A stretch of DNA of 48,090 bases from an uncultured Cryomorphaceae bacterium (lineage in GTDB: Bacteria > Bacteroidota > Bacteroidia > Flavobacteriales > UBA7430): positions 1 to 48,090 of the forward strand of contig CACDER010000003.1 in the NCBI GenBank assembly GCA_902551855.1, read 5' to 3'. This document shows positions 18,884-28,601 of the stretch, piece after piece (positions within the stretch are counted from its first letter, which is position 1; each line of letters opens with the position of its first letter). The translations under genes and the position numbers were made by a program. Under the pieces are notes generated by a model. That model saw only the letters and a program-made list of their open reading frames with translations, did not search any database and was not told the origin of the DNA.

Positions 18884-19606
18884 ATGATAAAAACAAATGG
18901 AATTATAATCAATCACTATAAATACTCAGATACAAGCGTAATAATAAAAATTTTTTCTGAGGAAGAAGGTTTGATAAGTTCAATTATAAAAGGAGCTAAA
19001 TCTCAAAAAAAAAAATATAATTCTTCTTTGATTCAGAGATTGAGTATAGTAGAATTAATTTATAAAAAAAATCATAAATCTGATCTTGTTCAAATTATAG
19101 ATATAAAGTCAAAAGATTATATAAATAATATTTATTTCAATTCTAATAAACGAATAATTGCATTATTTATGTCAGAATTTTTAAGTAAAATTATAAAAGA
19201 ATCAGGACCAAATAAATCATTATATATTTTTATTGAAAACTCAATTAAGCTTATTAATATTACTGAAAAAAAAGTCAGCTCATTTCATTTAATGTTTATG
19301 ATTAAGATTACAAAATATTTAGGTTTCTACCCAACTATAATTACCTCGAATAAAAATAAATATTTTGATATTTTAAATGGAATATTTACCAATATTAAAC
19401 CTAATCACAATTATCTTTTGTCTGGAGATCAAATGAAATGTTGGATAATATTATTAAAGACAGAATTTACTAAATTTGATGAGTTAAATTTCTCCCAAAC
19501 AGAAAGTAAAACAACTTTAAAAAATTTAAATTTGTTCTATAAATTGCATGTTGATAATTATAGAAAGTTAAAATCAGATTACATTCTAGATTTATTAGAA
19601 TATTAA
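18884..19606 (+). CDS. recO: DNA repair protein RecO
   Basis: 'MIKTNGIII...KYSDTSVIIKIFSEEEGLIS.IIKGA' OB-fold start, 'KYLGFYP', 'YFDILNG.F'. Start moved to ATG 18884, 1 nt after the porZ stop. Confidence 0.92.
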   Translation: MIKTNGIIINHYKYSDTSVIIKIFSEEEGLISSIIKGAKSQKKKYNSSLIQRLSIVELIYKKNHKSDLVQIIDIKSKDYINNIYFNSNKRIIALFMSEFLSKIIKESGPNKSLYIFIENSIKLINITEKKVSSFHLMFMIKITKYLGFYPTIITSNKNKYFDILNGIFTNIKPNHNYLLSGDQMKCWIILLKTEFTKFDELNFSQTESKTTLKNLNLFYKLHVDNYRKLKSDYILDLLEY

Positions 19607-20571
19607 TTTACTTGAATATTTTTAATTACTGTATTTAAGTCAAAAAGGTATTCTCTTTTGCTTTTATTTGGGGAATATAAAAATCCTTCAACATAAATTA
19701 ATTTTTTTGAGTCAAAAGATAAAAGAGCCCTACTTGTAAAAGGTCCTCCCATAAAACCATTCTTCATTGTCCACAACCCAATAATTTTGACATCAAACGG
19801 ATCTTTATTAAACTTACTATATATTGGATCATATAAAATTTCAGTGGTCATATGAGAATTTTCATTTTTACCTTTAATATGAATTTCCCCTATTGAGTCT
19901 CTCAAAAAAATTAAATTATGTTTAGATAATTGATTTATATTTTTAAAGTTAATTATATTAAAATAAATATTAGAAATAATATTTTCTTTAGGATAATCTT
20001 TTCTAACCCAAAAAAAACCTTCTTTTTCTTCGGCAATTTTGTAACCATCTGGAACAGTCATTTTAATTTTATAGTTGGTAGAAATTTTTTTTTCTATTTT
20101 TTTGTTTGAATTTGTAGAAATTTTTTTGAAATTTCTTCGAAAATTTGCTTCAATAATTTTTGATTTAATTTCTTTTAGGTTTGATTTTAAGTAATTATTT
20201 AGGTCAGAAATATTTTTTTGATAAAGTTCAAAATATAGTTGATTAATAGACCATTTATCTTTATAGAAAGAACTCACCTTATCATTTAAAGATACTAAAA
20301 TTATATTTTTATGTGTTTTGTAAATACTAGAAAAATCTTTATGATTTATTTGGATTAGTTTAAAAAGTTTTTCTTTTTGTGGTAATCCTTTAATATCTGT
20401 AAAAAAATTATTTTTTATTATCATTCCTGTTTCAGAATCCCAAAGATTAGAATCTATTACAAAAATTATTTCATGTAAATTTCCAGTACTTTTTCTCAGC
20501 AGATAATTATTATCTTTCAAATTACAACTAAAGACCATTAATATGAAAACAAGTAAATATCTTTTAATCAT
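19603..20571 (-). CDS. DUF4837 family lipoprotein
   Basis: Lipobox 'VFSC', 'STG...EI', 'GLPQ.E..F', 'RDSIG', 'GLW......MGGPF', 'EGFLYSP...KR'. Confidence 0.82.
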   Translation of the reverse strand: MIKRYLLVFILMVFSCNLKDNNYLLRKSTGNLHEIIFVIDSNLWDSETGMIIKNNFFTDIKGLPQKEKLFKLIQINHKDFSSIYKTHKNIILVSLNDKVSSFYKDKWSINQLYFELYQKNISDLNNYLKSNLKEIKSKIIEANFRRNFKKISTNSNKKIEKKISTNYKIKMTVPDGYKIAEEKEGFFWVRKDYPKENIISNIYFNIINFKNINQLSKHNLIFLRDSIGEIHIKGKNENSHMTTEILYDPIYSKFNKDPFDVKIIGLWTMKNGFMGGPFTSRALLSFDSKKLIYVEGFLYSPNKSKREYLFDLNTVIKNIQVN

Positions 20572-20578
20572 AAATACT

Positions 20579-21820
20579 TTATATTAAATCAGGTCTAACA
20601 TATAAAACAAGTTTTTGTCCTATAAATATTTTGTCTGTTTTTAAATTATTCCACTTTTTAATTTCCTCAATTTTGCATTTAAATTTTAAACTTATTTTCC
20701 CGAGATAGTCTCCCTTAGAAACTGTAAATACATATCTATTTACTTTGTCAAAGTATTTTGGGTAATTTGTTTTTTGTTCAATATCAATTTTTTTAAAATG
20801 GTCATAGATAAAATTTTCATTTGATATAAAGATTCCAAGTTTATCAACAGGGAGTCTCAAAAAATATTTTTCCCCTTTTATTTTTGGTATAATATTGTAT
20901 TTGTAGGAGGGGTTTAAGATACTTAAATCAGATAAAGGGATTTGTAATATATCTTTTAAATAATTTAAATTAACTCTATATTTTACCTCAACAGTATCAG
21001 TCTCACGATACGAAAATAAATACTCATTTGGATAAATTTCATGAATTTTATTGTAGTTCATTGAATAACAAATTGCAATAAATGCAGGAATATAATTTCT
21101 TGTTTCTTTAGGTAAAAAACTCTGTATTTCCCAAAAACTTTTTTTACCTCCTGACCTTCTGATAGCCTTATTTACATTTCCTCTTCCAGAGTTAAAAGAG
21201 GCTAATACAAGTAACCAATCATCATATATTTCATAAGATGTTTTAAAAAAATTACAGGCAGCCTCAGTAGATAAATAGGGGTCCATACGTTCATCAACAT
21301 AGGAGCTTATTTTTAAATTATTCTCTAGAGCAGTAGAATACATAAATTGCCATAGTCCAGTCGCTCCAACTGGTGATCTAGCTTTTGGCTTCAATGAAGA
21401 TTCAATTATAGGTAAAAATTTCAATTCAAGAGGCAAATCATGTTTAGCTAAAATTTCTTCAAAAATAGGGAAATAAAATTTTGACATTCCTAACATTTTT
21501 GATGTCTGATTTCTACTTTTAACTGTGTAAATTTCTATAAAATGTCTAACACTTTCATTAAATGATAGATCAATTGGGCTTTTGGAATTTAATTCAAATA
21601 GATTTTCAATTATTAGACTGTCACTTAGTTTTGGGAAATTAATAAAATTAGTTTTTTTATAATTTGGGATGTTTTTATAAATATTTAAGTTTAAAGAATC
21701 TAAATAATTAGAAGTTGAATCAAAACTTAGAACAAGAGAATTTGAAAGTTTATTTTGAGAATAAATATTGGAATAGTTAAATTGAAGTAACAAAAAAAAA
21801 TTGATTAAAATATATTTCAT
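20579..21820 (-). CDS. mltD: MltD-type lytic murein transglycosylase with C-terminal LysM
   Basis: 'LPIIESSL.P.A.S..GATGLWQFM', 'DERMDP', 'FNSGRGNV', 'LPKETRNY'; LysM 'VSKGDYLGKIS...WNNL....IFIGQKL'. Confidence 0.9.
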   Translation of the reverse strand: MKYILINFFLLLQFNYSNIYSQNKLSNSLVLSFDSTSNYLDSLNLNIYKNIPNYKKTNFINFPKLSDSLIIENLFELNSKSPIDLSFNESVRHFIEIYTVKSRNQTSKMLGMSKFYFPIFEEILAKHDLPLELKFLPIIESSLKPKARSPVGATGLWQFMYSTALENNLKISSYVDERMDPYLSTEAACNFFKTSYEIYDDWLLVLASFNSGRGNVNKAIRRSGGKKSFWEIQSFLPKETRNYIPAFIAICYSMNYNKIHEIYPNEYLFSYRETDTVEVKYRVNLNYLKDILQIPLSDLSILNPSYKYNIIPKIKGEKYFLRLPVDKLGIFISNENFIYDHFKKIDIEQKTNYPKYFDKVNRYVFTVSKGDYLGKISLKFKCKIEEIKKWNNLKTDKIFIGQKLVLYVRPDLI

Positions 21821-23247
21821 TGGTGTTTAAATTTCATAAGAAACTCAGAAAATGAAAAAAGACTTTTTTCATTAAAATTTGATGTCATAATTTGAAGTCC
21901 CATTGGCATATTATCTTTTGATTTCCATATAGGAATTGAAATTGCAGGATGGCCAGTTAAATTTGAATGGACTGTATAAATATCTTGTAAAAAGTTAATA
22001 GTTGGATCGTCATGTTTAATCCCAATGTCAAATGCAGTATTAGGACTAGTTGGCATTAATAAGTAGTCATATTTTTTGAAAATTTCATTAGTTTTATTTT
22101 GAATTAATCTTCTAATTTTTTGAGCCTTTCCATAATATGCATCGTAATATCCAGAACTCAACACAAATGTTCCTAACATAATTCTTCGTTTAACCTCCTC
22201 ACCAAACCCTTCAGTTCTTGAATTTTTAAATGTACTATTTATATCTTTTGATGAAGAGCTTCTAAACCCATAATTTACTCCATCATATCTTGAGAGATTG
22301 GAGGATGCTTCAGCTGTCGTTAATATATAATAACACGGAACAATAACATCTGAGTAAGGAAAAATTTCACTTGAAACAGTATGCCCAGCTTTTTTAAGTT
22401 TAGAAATTAATTCAAAAAAATTAGATTTAATTTCTGTATTCAGTGATAAATTATTTAAATAGTCTTCAAAAAATGCAATTTTTAATTTTTTTTTCTGGGG
22501 TTTATAGTTAGAATATTTATCAATTTTATATGATGAACTAGTCGAATCCATATTATCTTTACCTGAAATTATTTCAGTAACAATAGAAATATCATAAACA
22601 GATTTACCTATAGGCCCAATTTGATCAAATGAGGATGCATATGCAATCAGACCATATCTTGATATTCTTGCATATGTTGGTTTAAGACCAAAAACACCAC
22701 AAAATGAAGCAGGTTGCCTCACAGAACCACCAGTATCACTTCCAAGTGCAATTTGACATAAGTCTGCAGCTACTGCAGCTGCTGAACCACCTGAAGATCC
22801 CCCAGGGACTTTTTTTAAATTATGAGGATTTTTGGTTGGACCGTATATTGAGTTCTCATTTGAAGACCCCATAGCAAATTCATCACAGTTTACTCTCCCT
22901 ATAATAATAGCATCCTCGTCTAAAAGTCTTTCAACAGCGGTTGCGTTAAATAAAGAAGTAAATCCATTCAAAATTTTAGACCCAGCAGATAGTTTATGAT
23001 TTTTGAAACAAATATTATCTTTAATTGCAACTACAAGCCCTGCTAATTTACCACTTGAACCTTTTTTTATTTTTTTATCTATTTCTTTAGCTCTAATTTT
23101 TGCTTCTTTACTAAAAACTTCAATGTAAACATTCAAGTCTTTAGTTTTGTTTATCCTTTCTAAGTAATAATCAATTAATATTTCACAATTTATTTTATTT
23201 TCAAAAATTAATGCTTGAATTTCAATTAAAGAGTTAAAATTTTTCAA
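21817..23247 (-). CDS. gatA: Asp-tRNA(Asn)/Glu-tRNA(Gln) amidotransferase subunit A
   Basis: Amidase signature 'IKDN', 'DEFAMGSS', 'PGGSSGGSAAAVAA', 'GSDTGGSVRQPA'. GatA-specific 'AEASSNLSRYDG', 'GFGEEVKRRIMLGTFVLS.GYYDAYY'. TTG start. Confidence 0.93.
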   Translation of the reverse strand: MKNFNSLIEIQALIFENKINCEILIDYYLERINKTKDLNVYIEVFSKEAKIRAKEIDKKIKKGSSGKLAGLVVAIKDNICFKNHKLSAGSKILNGFTSLFNATAVERLLDEDAIIIGRVNCDEFAMGSSNENSIYGPTKNPHNLKKVPGGSSGGSAAAVAADLCQIALGSDTGGSVRQPASFCGVFGLKPTYARISRYGLIAYASSFDQIGPIGKSVYDISIVTEIISGKDNMDSTSSSYKIDKYSNYKPQKKKLKIAFFEDYLNNLSLNTEIKSNFFELISKLKKAGHTVSSEIFPYSDVIVPCYYILTTAEASSNLSRYDGVNYGFRSSSSKDINSTFKNSRTEGFGEEVKRRIMLGTFVLSSGYYDAYYGKAQKIRRLIQNKTNEIFKKYDYLLMPTSPNTAFDIGIKHDDPTINFLQDIYTVHSNLTGHPAISIPIWKSKDNMPMGLQIMTSNFNEKSLFSFSEFLMKFKHQ

Positions 23248-23258
23248 AATAAATAAAC

Positions 23259-23435
23259 TTAATTTTTATTTTCTTTTTCGTCTTTCGTGGCATTTTTAAA
23301 CTCTTTAATACCACTACCTAAACCTCTCATTAGCTCAGGTATTTTTTTGCCACCAAAAAGTAATACAATAGCTAAAATTATGAGGAGCCACTCATATCCC
23401 CCCATAAACCCTAAAAAAATTGACATGTTATTCAT
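23259..23435 (-). CDS. tatA: Twin-arginine translocase TatA/TatE subunit (58 aa)
   Basis: Not in the ORF track. Manual translation: [58 protein letters not shown]. Confidence 0.95.
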   Translation of the reverse strand: MNNMSIFLGFMGGYEWLLIILAIVLLFGGKKIPELMRGLGSGIKEFKNATKDEKENKN

Positions 23436-23469
23436 AAATGTAAAGTTTAATTATATATTTCAAAATTAA

Positions 23470-24654
23470 TTAATTTTTTATTAACCATGATTCTGGGTTT
23501 AATTTTTTATTTTCTTGCCATATTTGAAAGTCTAAAATTGACGTTTCTTCTCTATCTGATTTATATATATATCCTATTATACTTTTTGTTTTCAATTTTT
23601 CTTTCTTTTTAACAAAAACTTTACTGAGGTTTGAATATACAGAAATATAATCCCCATGCCTAACCATAACTACTTTAGTATTGTTTGGTAAAGTTATGAT
23701 CCCACTCACAATTCCATCAAAAATACTTCTACAAACAGAGTTTTTGTTGGTTGCTATTTCTACACCGTTATTTTCAACTACAACTCCGGATAAAATGGGA
23801 TGTTTATGTTTACCAAATTTTGACACTAATAACCCATATTCTACTGGCCAAGGTAGTTTCCCTTTATTTTTTATAAAGGATTTAGATAATAATTTACTTT
23901 CAGGGGTAAGTTTAAATTTTAATGTGCTATTATCGTTAATTTCTTTTTGTATAATTTTTTCAATTTCAGAAATTATCTGATTTTTGATAATCTCTTTTTT
24001 TGAAATTAAATTTTTAATTTCTTTTTCTTTTTTTGATAATATTTCTAATGTTAATTTTTGATTTTTTTTTTCGTTCTCAAGACTAATATTTTCTTTGTTC
24101 TTTAATTCTAATAATTCTTTTTTTATTTTTTTCTGAGAATTCAAGGTATTTATAAGTTCTAAAATTTTTATTTTCTCATTTTCAATTTTTTTAATTTGAT
24201 TTTTTCGTATATCTGATAATTTTTTATAAAAATAAAGTTTTTTTGATATTTCATGAAAGGATTTTGATGACATAATATTTAGCAAGTTATTAAATTTTAA
24301 TTTATTCTTATGAGTGAATTTTATCAGTAATTCATAGTTTGAAATTAATTTTTCAATATTTGATTTTAAGTTTGATAATATGATATGATTATCAGATATC
24401 TCTGTCTTAATTGAATTTAACTCAGTTTCAATTTTAATTATTAATTCTCGTCTTAATTTAATTTTTGAATTGAGTGTAATAAGTAAATTATAAGAATAAT
24501 TTTTATTCACTTCATTTTCTTTTAGTAGTAAATTATTCTTAGAAATTTCTTTAATTATATCTTCTTTTTTTTTGTTTAACTCAAATTTTGAATTTTGAGA
24601 ACTTAAACTATGACAAAACAGAAATATTGATAAAAGATTAATTAATGACCTCAT
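23470..24654 (-). CDS. EnvC-like murein hydrolase activator (coiled coil plus degenerate M23 domain)
   Basis: Signal peptide, long coiled coil, 'KGKLPWPV'. The M23 zinc ligands are replaced ('NNGVEI' for HxxxD; 'LDFQIW' for HxH). Confidence 0.85.
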   Translation of the reverse strand: MRSLINLLSIFLFCHSLSSQNSKFELNKKKEDIIKEISKNNLLLKENEVNKNYSYNLLITLNSKIKLRRELIIKIETELNSIKTEISDNHIILSNLKSNIEKLISNYELLIKFTHKNKLKFNNLLNIMSSKSFHEISKKLYFYKKLSDIRKNQIKKIENEKIKILELINTLNSQKKIKKELLELKNKENISLENEKKNQKLTLEILSKKEKEIKNLISKKEIIKNQIISEIEKIIQKEINDNSTLKFKLTPESKLLSKSFIKNKGKLPWPVEYGLLVSKFGKHKHPILSGVVVENNGVEIATNKNSVCRSIFDGIVSGIITLPNNTKVVMVRHGDYISVYSNLSKVFVKKKEKLKTKSIIGYIYKSDREETSILDFQIWQENKKLNPESWLIKN

Positions 24655-25438
24655 AAGATTCTGGAATATTGAAAGGGAAATTTAATTTTTTATTTATTTG
24701 CACTTTAGAAAATGAAATCAAAAGTTTAATTTGTGTTTCAGATTTAATATTTAAATTAATAGATTCAGCTAGTAAATTATTATTTATTTTTTCAAAATCT
24801 TTGTATTCTATTGAAAGCATTTTGTTGTAAAATAAATTTTGATATTTTTCATATATAACTCTATAATTCACAGGATTAATTTTTGTGACAAATATATCTG
24901 TGTCTGATTTTTTTTTGTTTTTAAGAATTTTTTGTCTTTGTTTTTTGTTAAATGAAGAGAGTAAAAAATCATCTTCAATTATTTCAGTTATAAATTTTTT
25001 ATTAGTAAAAATCATGATTGGATTCCCTAAAATTATTGATTGAATTTCATCAAAATTTATATTAAATTCTATCATCGAACTTAAGGATTCATAACTTATT
25101 TTGTAGTATTTCTTTTCAAATCTGTTCATAAAATGAACACTATCTTGATCAAATAAAACCCTTCCTAGTTCCAGTCCTAATCCAGGACTTAAAGAAAGCC
25201 ATATTAGGCTGTCATTTTTAATTTTAATATTTCCTTTAAATGATATATTTTGATTATCATTTATGAATTTCCCTGATATTTTTGCACTAATCCAGTTGCA
25301 ATTAAACTTGGAGGAATTCATTAACCCTATTAATTCATTTGTTTTTGGGATATTAGAAACACGAAATTTCGTTTGTTTTTTTGCCTTACAAGATGATAAA
25401 ACTAAAAATATTATTAAAACAATTTTGATTTTATTCAT
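24638..25438 (-). CDS. DUF4292 family lipoprotein
   Basis: Start moved to ATG 25438, giving 'MNKIKIVLIIFLVLSSCKAKK' (lipobox). 'DSLIWLS...LGLELGR', 'Q.IILG', C-terminal 'FPFNIPESY'. Confidence 0.8.
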   Translation of the reverse strand: MNKIKIVLIIFLVLSSCKAKKQTKFRVSNIPKTNELIGLMNSSKFNCNWISAKISGKFINDNQNISFKGNIKIKNDSLIWLSLSPGLGLELGRVLFDQDSVHFMNRFEKKYYKISYESLSSMIEFNINFDEIQSIILGNPIMIFTNKKFITEIIEDDFLLSSFNKKQRQKILKNKKKSDTDIFVTKINPVNYRVIYEKYQNLFYNKMLSIEYKDFEKINNNLLAESINLNIKSETQIKLLISFSKVQINKKLNFPFNIPESYEVIN

Positions 25439-27152
25439 TAATAGTCTTAAATTTAATTTTATTAATAATATTTTCTGACATATTGCCTGAATTTTGAGAT
25501 TTAATCCAAAATTTTTGGGCTTCATCTAATTTATTGAGTTTAAAGAGAATATCCCCACAGTGTTCGTAAATTTCAGAATTCACTTTAGTTAAATTTTTCA
25601 TAGCTTTTTTAATCCATAATTCAGCTTCGTCATATTTTTTTAGTTTAAATAATATCCATGCGTATGTGTCCATGTATGTCCCGTTGTTTGGCTCAATTAT
25701 TAAACTTTTTTCAGACATTTTTTTAGCTTCAGACAATTGGTCTGATCTTAAAGAGAGGTAGTAGCTAAAATTGTTAAGAACTACTGAGTTATTTGGATTA
25801 TATATTAGTGCCATTTTATAATTTTCATCTGATAAAGTATCAATTTTGAGGCTATGGTAAGCATCACCTAAATATTGATAAAATGAACTTTTAATAGTTG
25901 GTTGGTTTATTACATATTTTAAACCATTTTTTAATTTTTCTATTGCGTCCTCAAAGTTTTTCGAAAGCAAGCTCCCCAGACCAGTGTAAAGATATATACT
26001 TGGCTGAATAGGAAATAATTTAATTGCATCTGCTCCATCATTAGAGACTTGGGAATATTTTTTATTTTCTAAACCGAGCAATAAATATTTATTCCAAATA
26101 TTAAAGTCAGTAGCTCCAAGAGAAATTGACTTTGAATAGCATGAAAAAGCTTCGGAAATATTATTGAGAAAATAATTAATTTCTCCACTTATAGAATGTA
26201 TTATATAATTTTCACTGTCAAAATCAATAGCTTTTTTTATTAAGTTCAAAAATAATTTTGAATTTTCCTTATTTGCCTTTCCGATATCAAAATAGTTTTT
26301 TAAGATATAAATGGAAGTTTCTGTATTGAAATTATTTGAAAGATAACATTGATTTAAATATAAATAAGCAGAAAAAAAATCATTTTTTTTCCTGAAAATC
26401 TCAGCAATAGAAAGATTTGATTCAATATTCGTTGAATCAAATTTAATAATATTGTTATATATCTCGATCGCTTCCTGAGTTAAATCATTTGCTTCATAAA
26501 TTTTAGCTAACATTATTTTATACTTAATCAAATTTGGAAACTCACCAATTAATTTTTTTAATTCCTTAGTTGCACTTTTAATATCTCCAATACTAATATA
26601 TAATTGTTGTTTTTTGATACTGGTTATTTCATTTACACCGATCTCTTTTTCAATTTCATTATAGATTTTAATTGATGATTTTGGTTTGGAGTAATATTCA
26701 TTCAATTCGGCAAATTTTATTTTTCTTTCTATACTATAATCGATATTAAGAATTGTTTTAAATGTTTTTAAAATCTGATCAATTTCACCAAGTTCAGTGT
26801 AAATTTTTAGTAACAAATTATTTACCCAAAAATTTTCCGGAATAACTTTTAGTGCTGATTTTGCATATAACAAGGAGGTTTCATAGTCTTTTAAGTTATA
26901 GTATAAATTTGCTATTTCATAGTTTGCTGAAAAACTATTTGGGTTGATTGACAAGCATTCTTTAATTAAATTTATTGCACCATTTATATCATCATTATTT
27001 TTTTTAATTAAAGATTCAAGAAATATTGTTTTAAATTTTAAGTCAATATTTTCTTTAGAAAAAATTGAATATTTTTTTGACCTAGAAATACTTTGACCAA
27101 AGCTATTTTGAAATATAATTAAAAATAAAATTATTATAAGTTTTCGTTTCAT
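25431..27152 (-). CDS. Exported tetratricopeptide-repeat protein
   Basis: Start moved to ATG 27152 (MKRKLIIILF...SFGQ signal peptide). Repeated TPR helices; 'LNNFSYYL', 'YMDTYAWILF', 'EHCGDILF' C-terminal TPR block. Confidence 0.88.
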   Translation of the reverse strand: MKRKLIIILFLIIFQNSFGQSISRSKKYSIFSKENIDLKFKTIFLESLIKKNNDDINGAINLIKECLSINPNSFSANYEIANLYYNLKDYETSLLYAKSALKVIPENFWVNNLLLKIYTELGEIDQILKTFKTILNIDYSIERKIKFAELNEYYSKPKSSIKIYNEIEKEIGVNEITSIKKQQLYISIGDIKSATKELKKLIGEFPNLIKYKIMLAKIYEANDLTQEAIEIYNNIIKFDSTNIESNLSIAEIFRKKNDFFSAYLYLNQCYLSNNFNTETSIYILKNYFDIGKANKENSKLFLNLIKKAIDFDSENYIIHSISGEINYFLNNISEAFSCYSKSISLGATDFNIWNKYLLLGLENKKYSQVSNDGADAIKLFPIQPSIYLYTGLGSLLSKNFEDAIEKLKNGLKYVINQPTIKSSFYQYLGDAYHSLKIDTLSDENYKMALIYNPNNSVVLNNFSYYLSLRSDQLSEAKKMSEKSLIIEPNNGTYMDTYAWILFKLKKYDEAELWIKKAMKNLTKVNSEIYEHCGDILFKLNKLDEAQKFWIKSQNSGNMSENIINKIKFKTINE

Positions 27153-27153
27153 T

Positions 27154-28152
27154 TTATTTAATATTACTGAAGTCTCCAAGATTTAAAGTTTTACCGACAC
27201 CACTATAGGTTACATTGTTTCCAATCATAGAATTTTCAAAAGAAGCTTCATAGATTTCGGTGTTGTCTTGAATGATTGAATTATTAATTTTACTTGAAAT
27301 GATTTTGGAATTTTCACCAATTGAAACATATGGGCCAATAATTGAATTTTCTATAGTAACTCCATTTGAAATATAACATGGTTCAATTATTTTAGAGTTA
27401 TGTATCACAAAACCTTTTCTATCCTCTTTAAATTTATTGTTTCTTAAAATATTATTATGAGTATTTATACAAGATTCAGGATTTCCACAATCTAGCCATT
27501 CATCTACATTTTCTATTGACATTTTTCTCCCATCTTTTAACATTTTTGATAAAATATCAGTTAGCTGAAACTCTCCTTTTTCTTGAATATTATTAGAGAT
27601 TAAAAATTCAATATCTAAATTAAGTTTGTCACTTTCTTTAAAATAATAAATTCCTATTATAGCTTTATCAGAGACGAATTTTTCAGGTTTTTCTTTAAAA
27701 TCTGTTATTTCTCCCTTAAAATTTGTAACAACTACTCCAAATGAAGATGGATCAGTAACTTTTTTAGTCCAAACACTACATTCAAAATCTTTTTGGAGTT
27801 TAAAATTGGCTCTAAATATTGTATCTGCAAAAGCAACTATTATAGGTCCTTGTAACGATTCTTTTGCGCAATAAATTGCATGAGCAGTCCCTAAAGGTTT
27901 TAATTGATAATAAATATGAGATTTAACTCCAATCTCAGAAGCAATTTCGTGAAGGTCTTTTTCAATTTCAGGTCCAAAATCACCAATTATATAAATAATT
28001 TCAGTAATTTTTTCAGTAATAACTTCTGAAATATCCTCAATCAATCGTTTGACAATGGATTTTCCTGCTATTTTAATTAGTGGTTTAGGGGTTGTTAAAG
28101 TATGAGGTCTGAGCCTACTCCCTCTTCCAGCCATAGGAATTATAATTTTCAT
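27154..28152 (-). CDS. Sugar-phosphate nucleotidyltransferase with C-terminal left-handed beta-helix
   Basis: 'IIPMAGRGSRLRPHT...PKPL', 'Q..PLGTAHA', 'EKP', 'WLDCG'; hexapeptide repeats at the C-terminus. Confidence 0.9.
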   Translation of the reverse strand: MKIIIPMAGRGSRLRPHTLTTPKPLIKIAGKSIVKRLIEDISEVITEKITEIIYIIGDFGPEIEKDLHEIASEIGVKSHIYYQLKPLGTAHAIYCAKESLQGPIIVAFADTIFRANFKLQKDFECSVWTKKVTDPSSFGVVVTNFKGEITDFKEKPEKFVSDKAIIGIYYFKESDKLNLDIEFLISNNIQEKGEFQLTDILSKMLKDGRKMSIENVDEWLDCGNPESCINTHNNILRNNKFKEDRKGFVIHNSKIIEPCYISNGVTIENSIIGPYVSIGENSKIISSKINNSIIQDNTEIYEASFENSMIGNNVTYSGVGKTLNLGDFSNIK

Positions 28153-28166
28153 AATCAGTAATTTAG

Positions 28167-28601
28167 TTATTTATTTCCAGTACTCCCAAATCCTCCACTC
28201 CCTCTATTAGTATGAGATAAATCATTAACATTAAACCAATTTATTTTTTCAAATTTTGAGAAAACAATTTGAGCTATTCTATCACCATTTTTTATTACAA
28301 AATCGTTTTTTGACAAATTTACTAATATCACTCCAATTTCACCCCTGTAGTCTGAATCAATAGTACCAGGACTATTTAAAACTGTTATACCATATTTTAA
28401 AGCTAGCCCACTTCTTGGTCTTATTTGAGCCTCAAATCCCTCGGGTATTTCAATAAATAGTCCAGTTTTGATTAAACTAATATCATTAGACTTTAAAGTT
28501 ATATTATCTGAAGTAAAAGCTTTTAAATCTAAACCAGATGAGAATTTAGTTTCATATTTTGGGAGATCATTATTCGATATATTTTTTATTTTTATATTCA
28601 T
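28167..28601 (-). CDS. dut: dUTP diphosphatase
   Basis: 'SGLDL', 'RPRSGLA', 'GTIDSDYRGEI', 'GDRIAQ', 'RGSGGFGSTG'. Confidence 0.98.
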   Translation of the reverse strand: MNIKIKNISNNDLPKYETKFSSGLDLKAFTSDNITLKSNDISLIKTGLFIEIPEGFEAQIRPRSGLALKYGITVLNSPGTIDSDYRGEIGVILVNLSKNDFVIKNGDRIAQIVFSKFEKINWFNVNDLSHTNRGSGGFGSTGNK

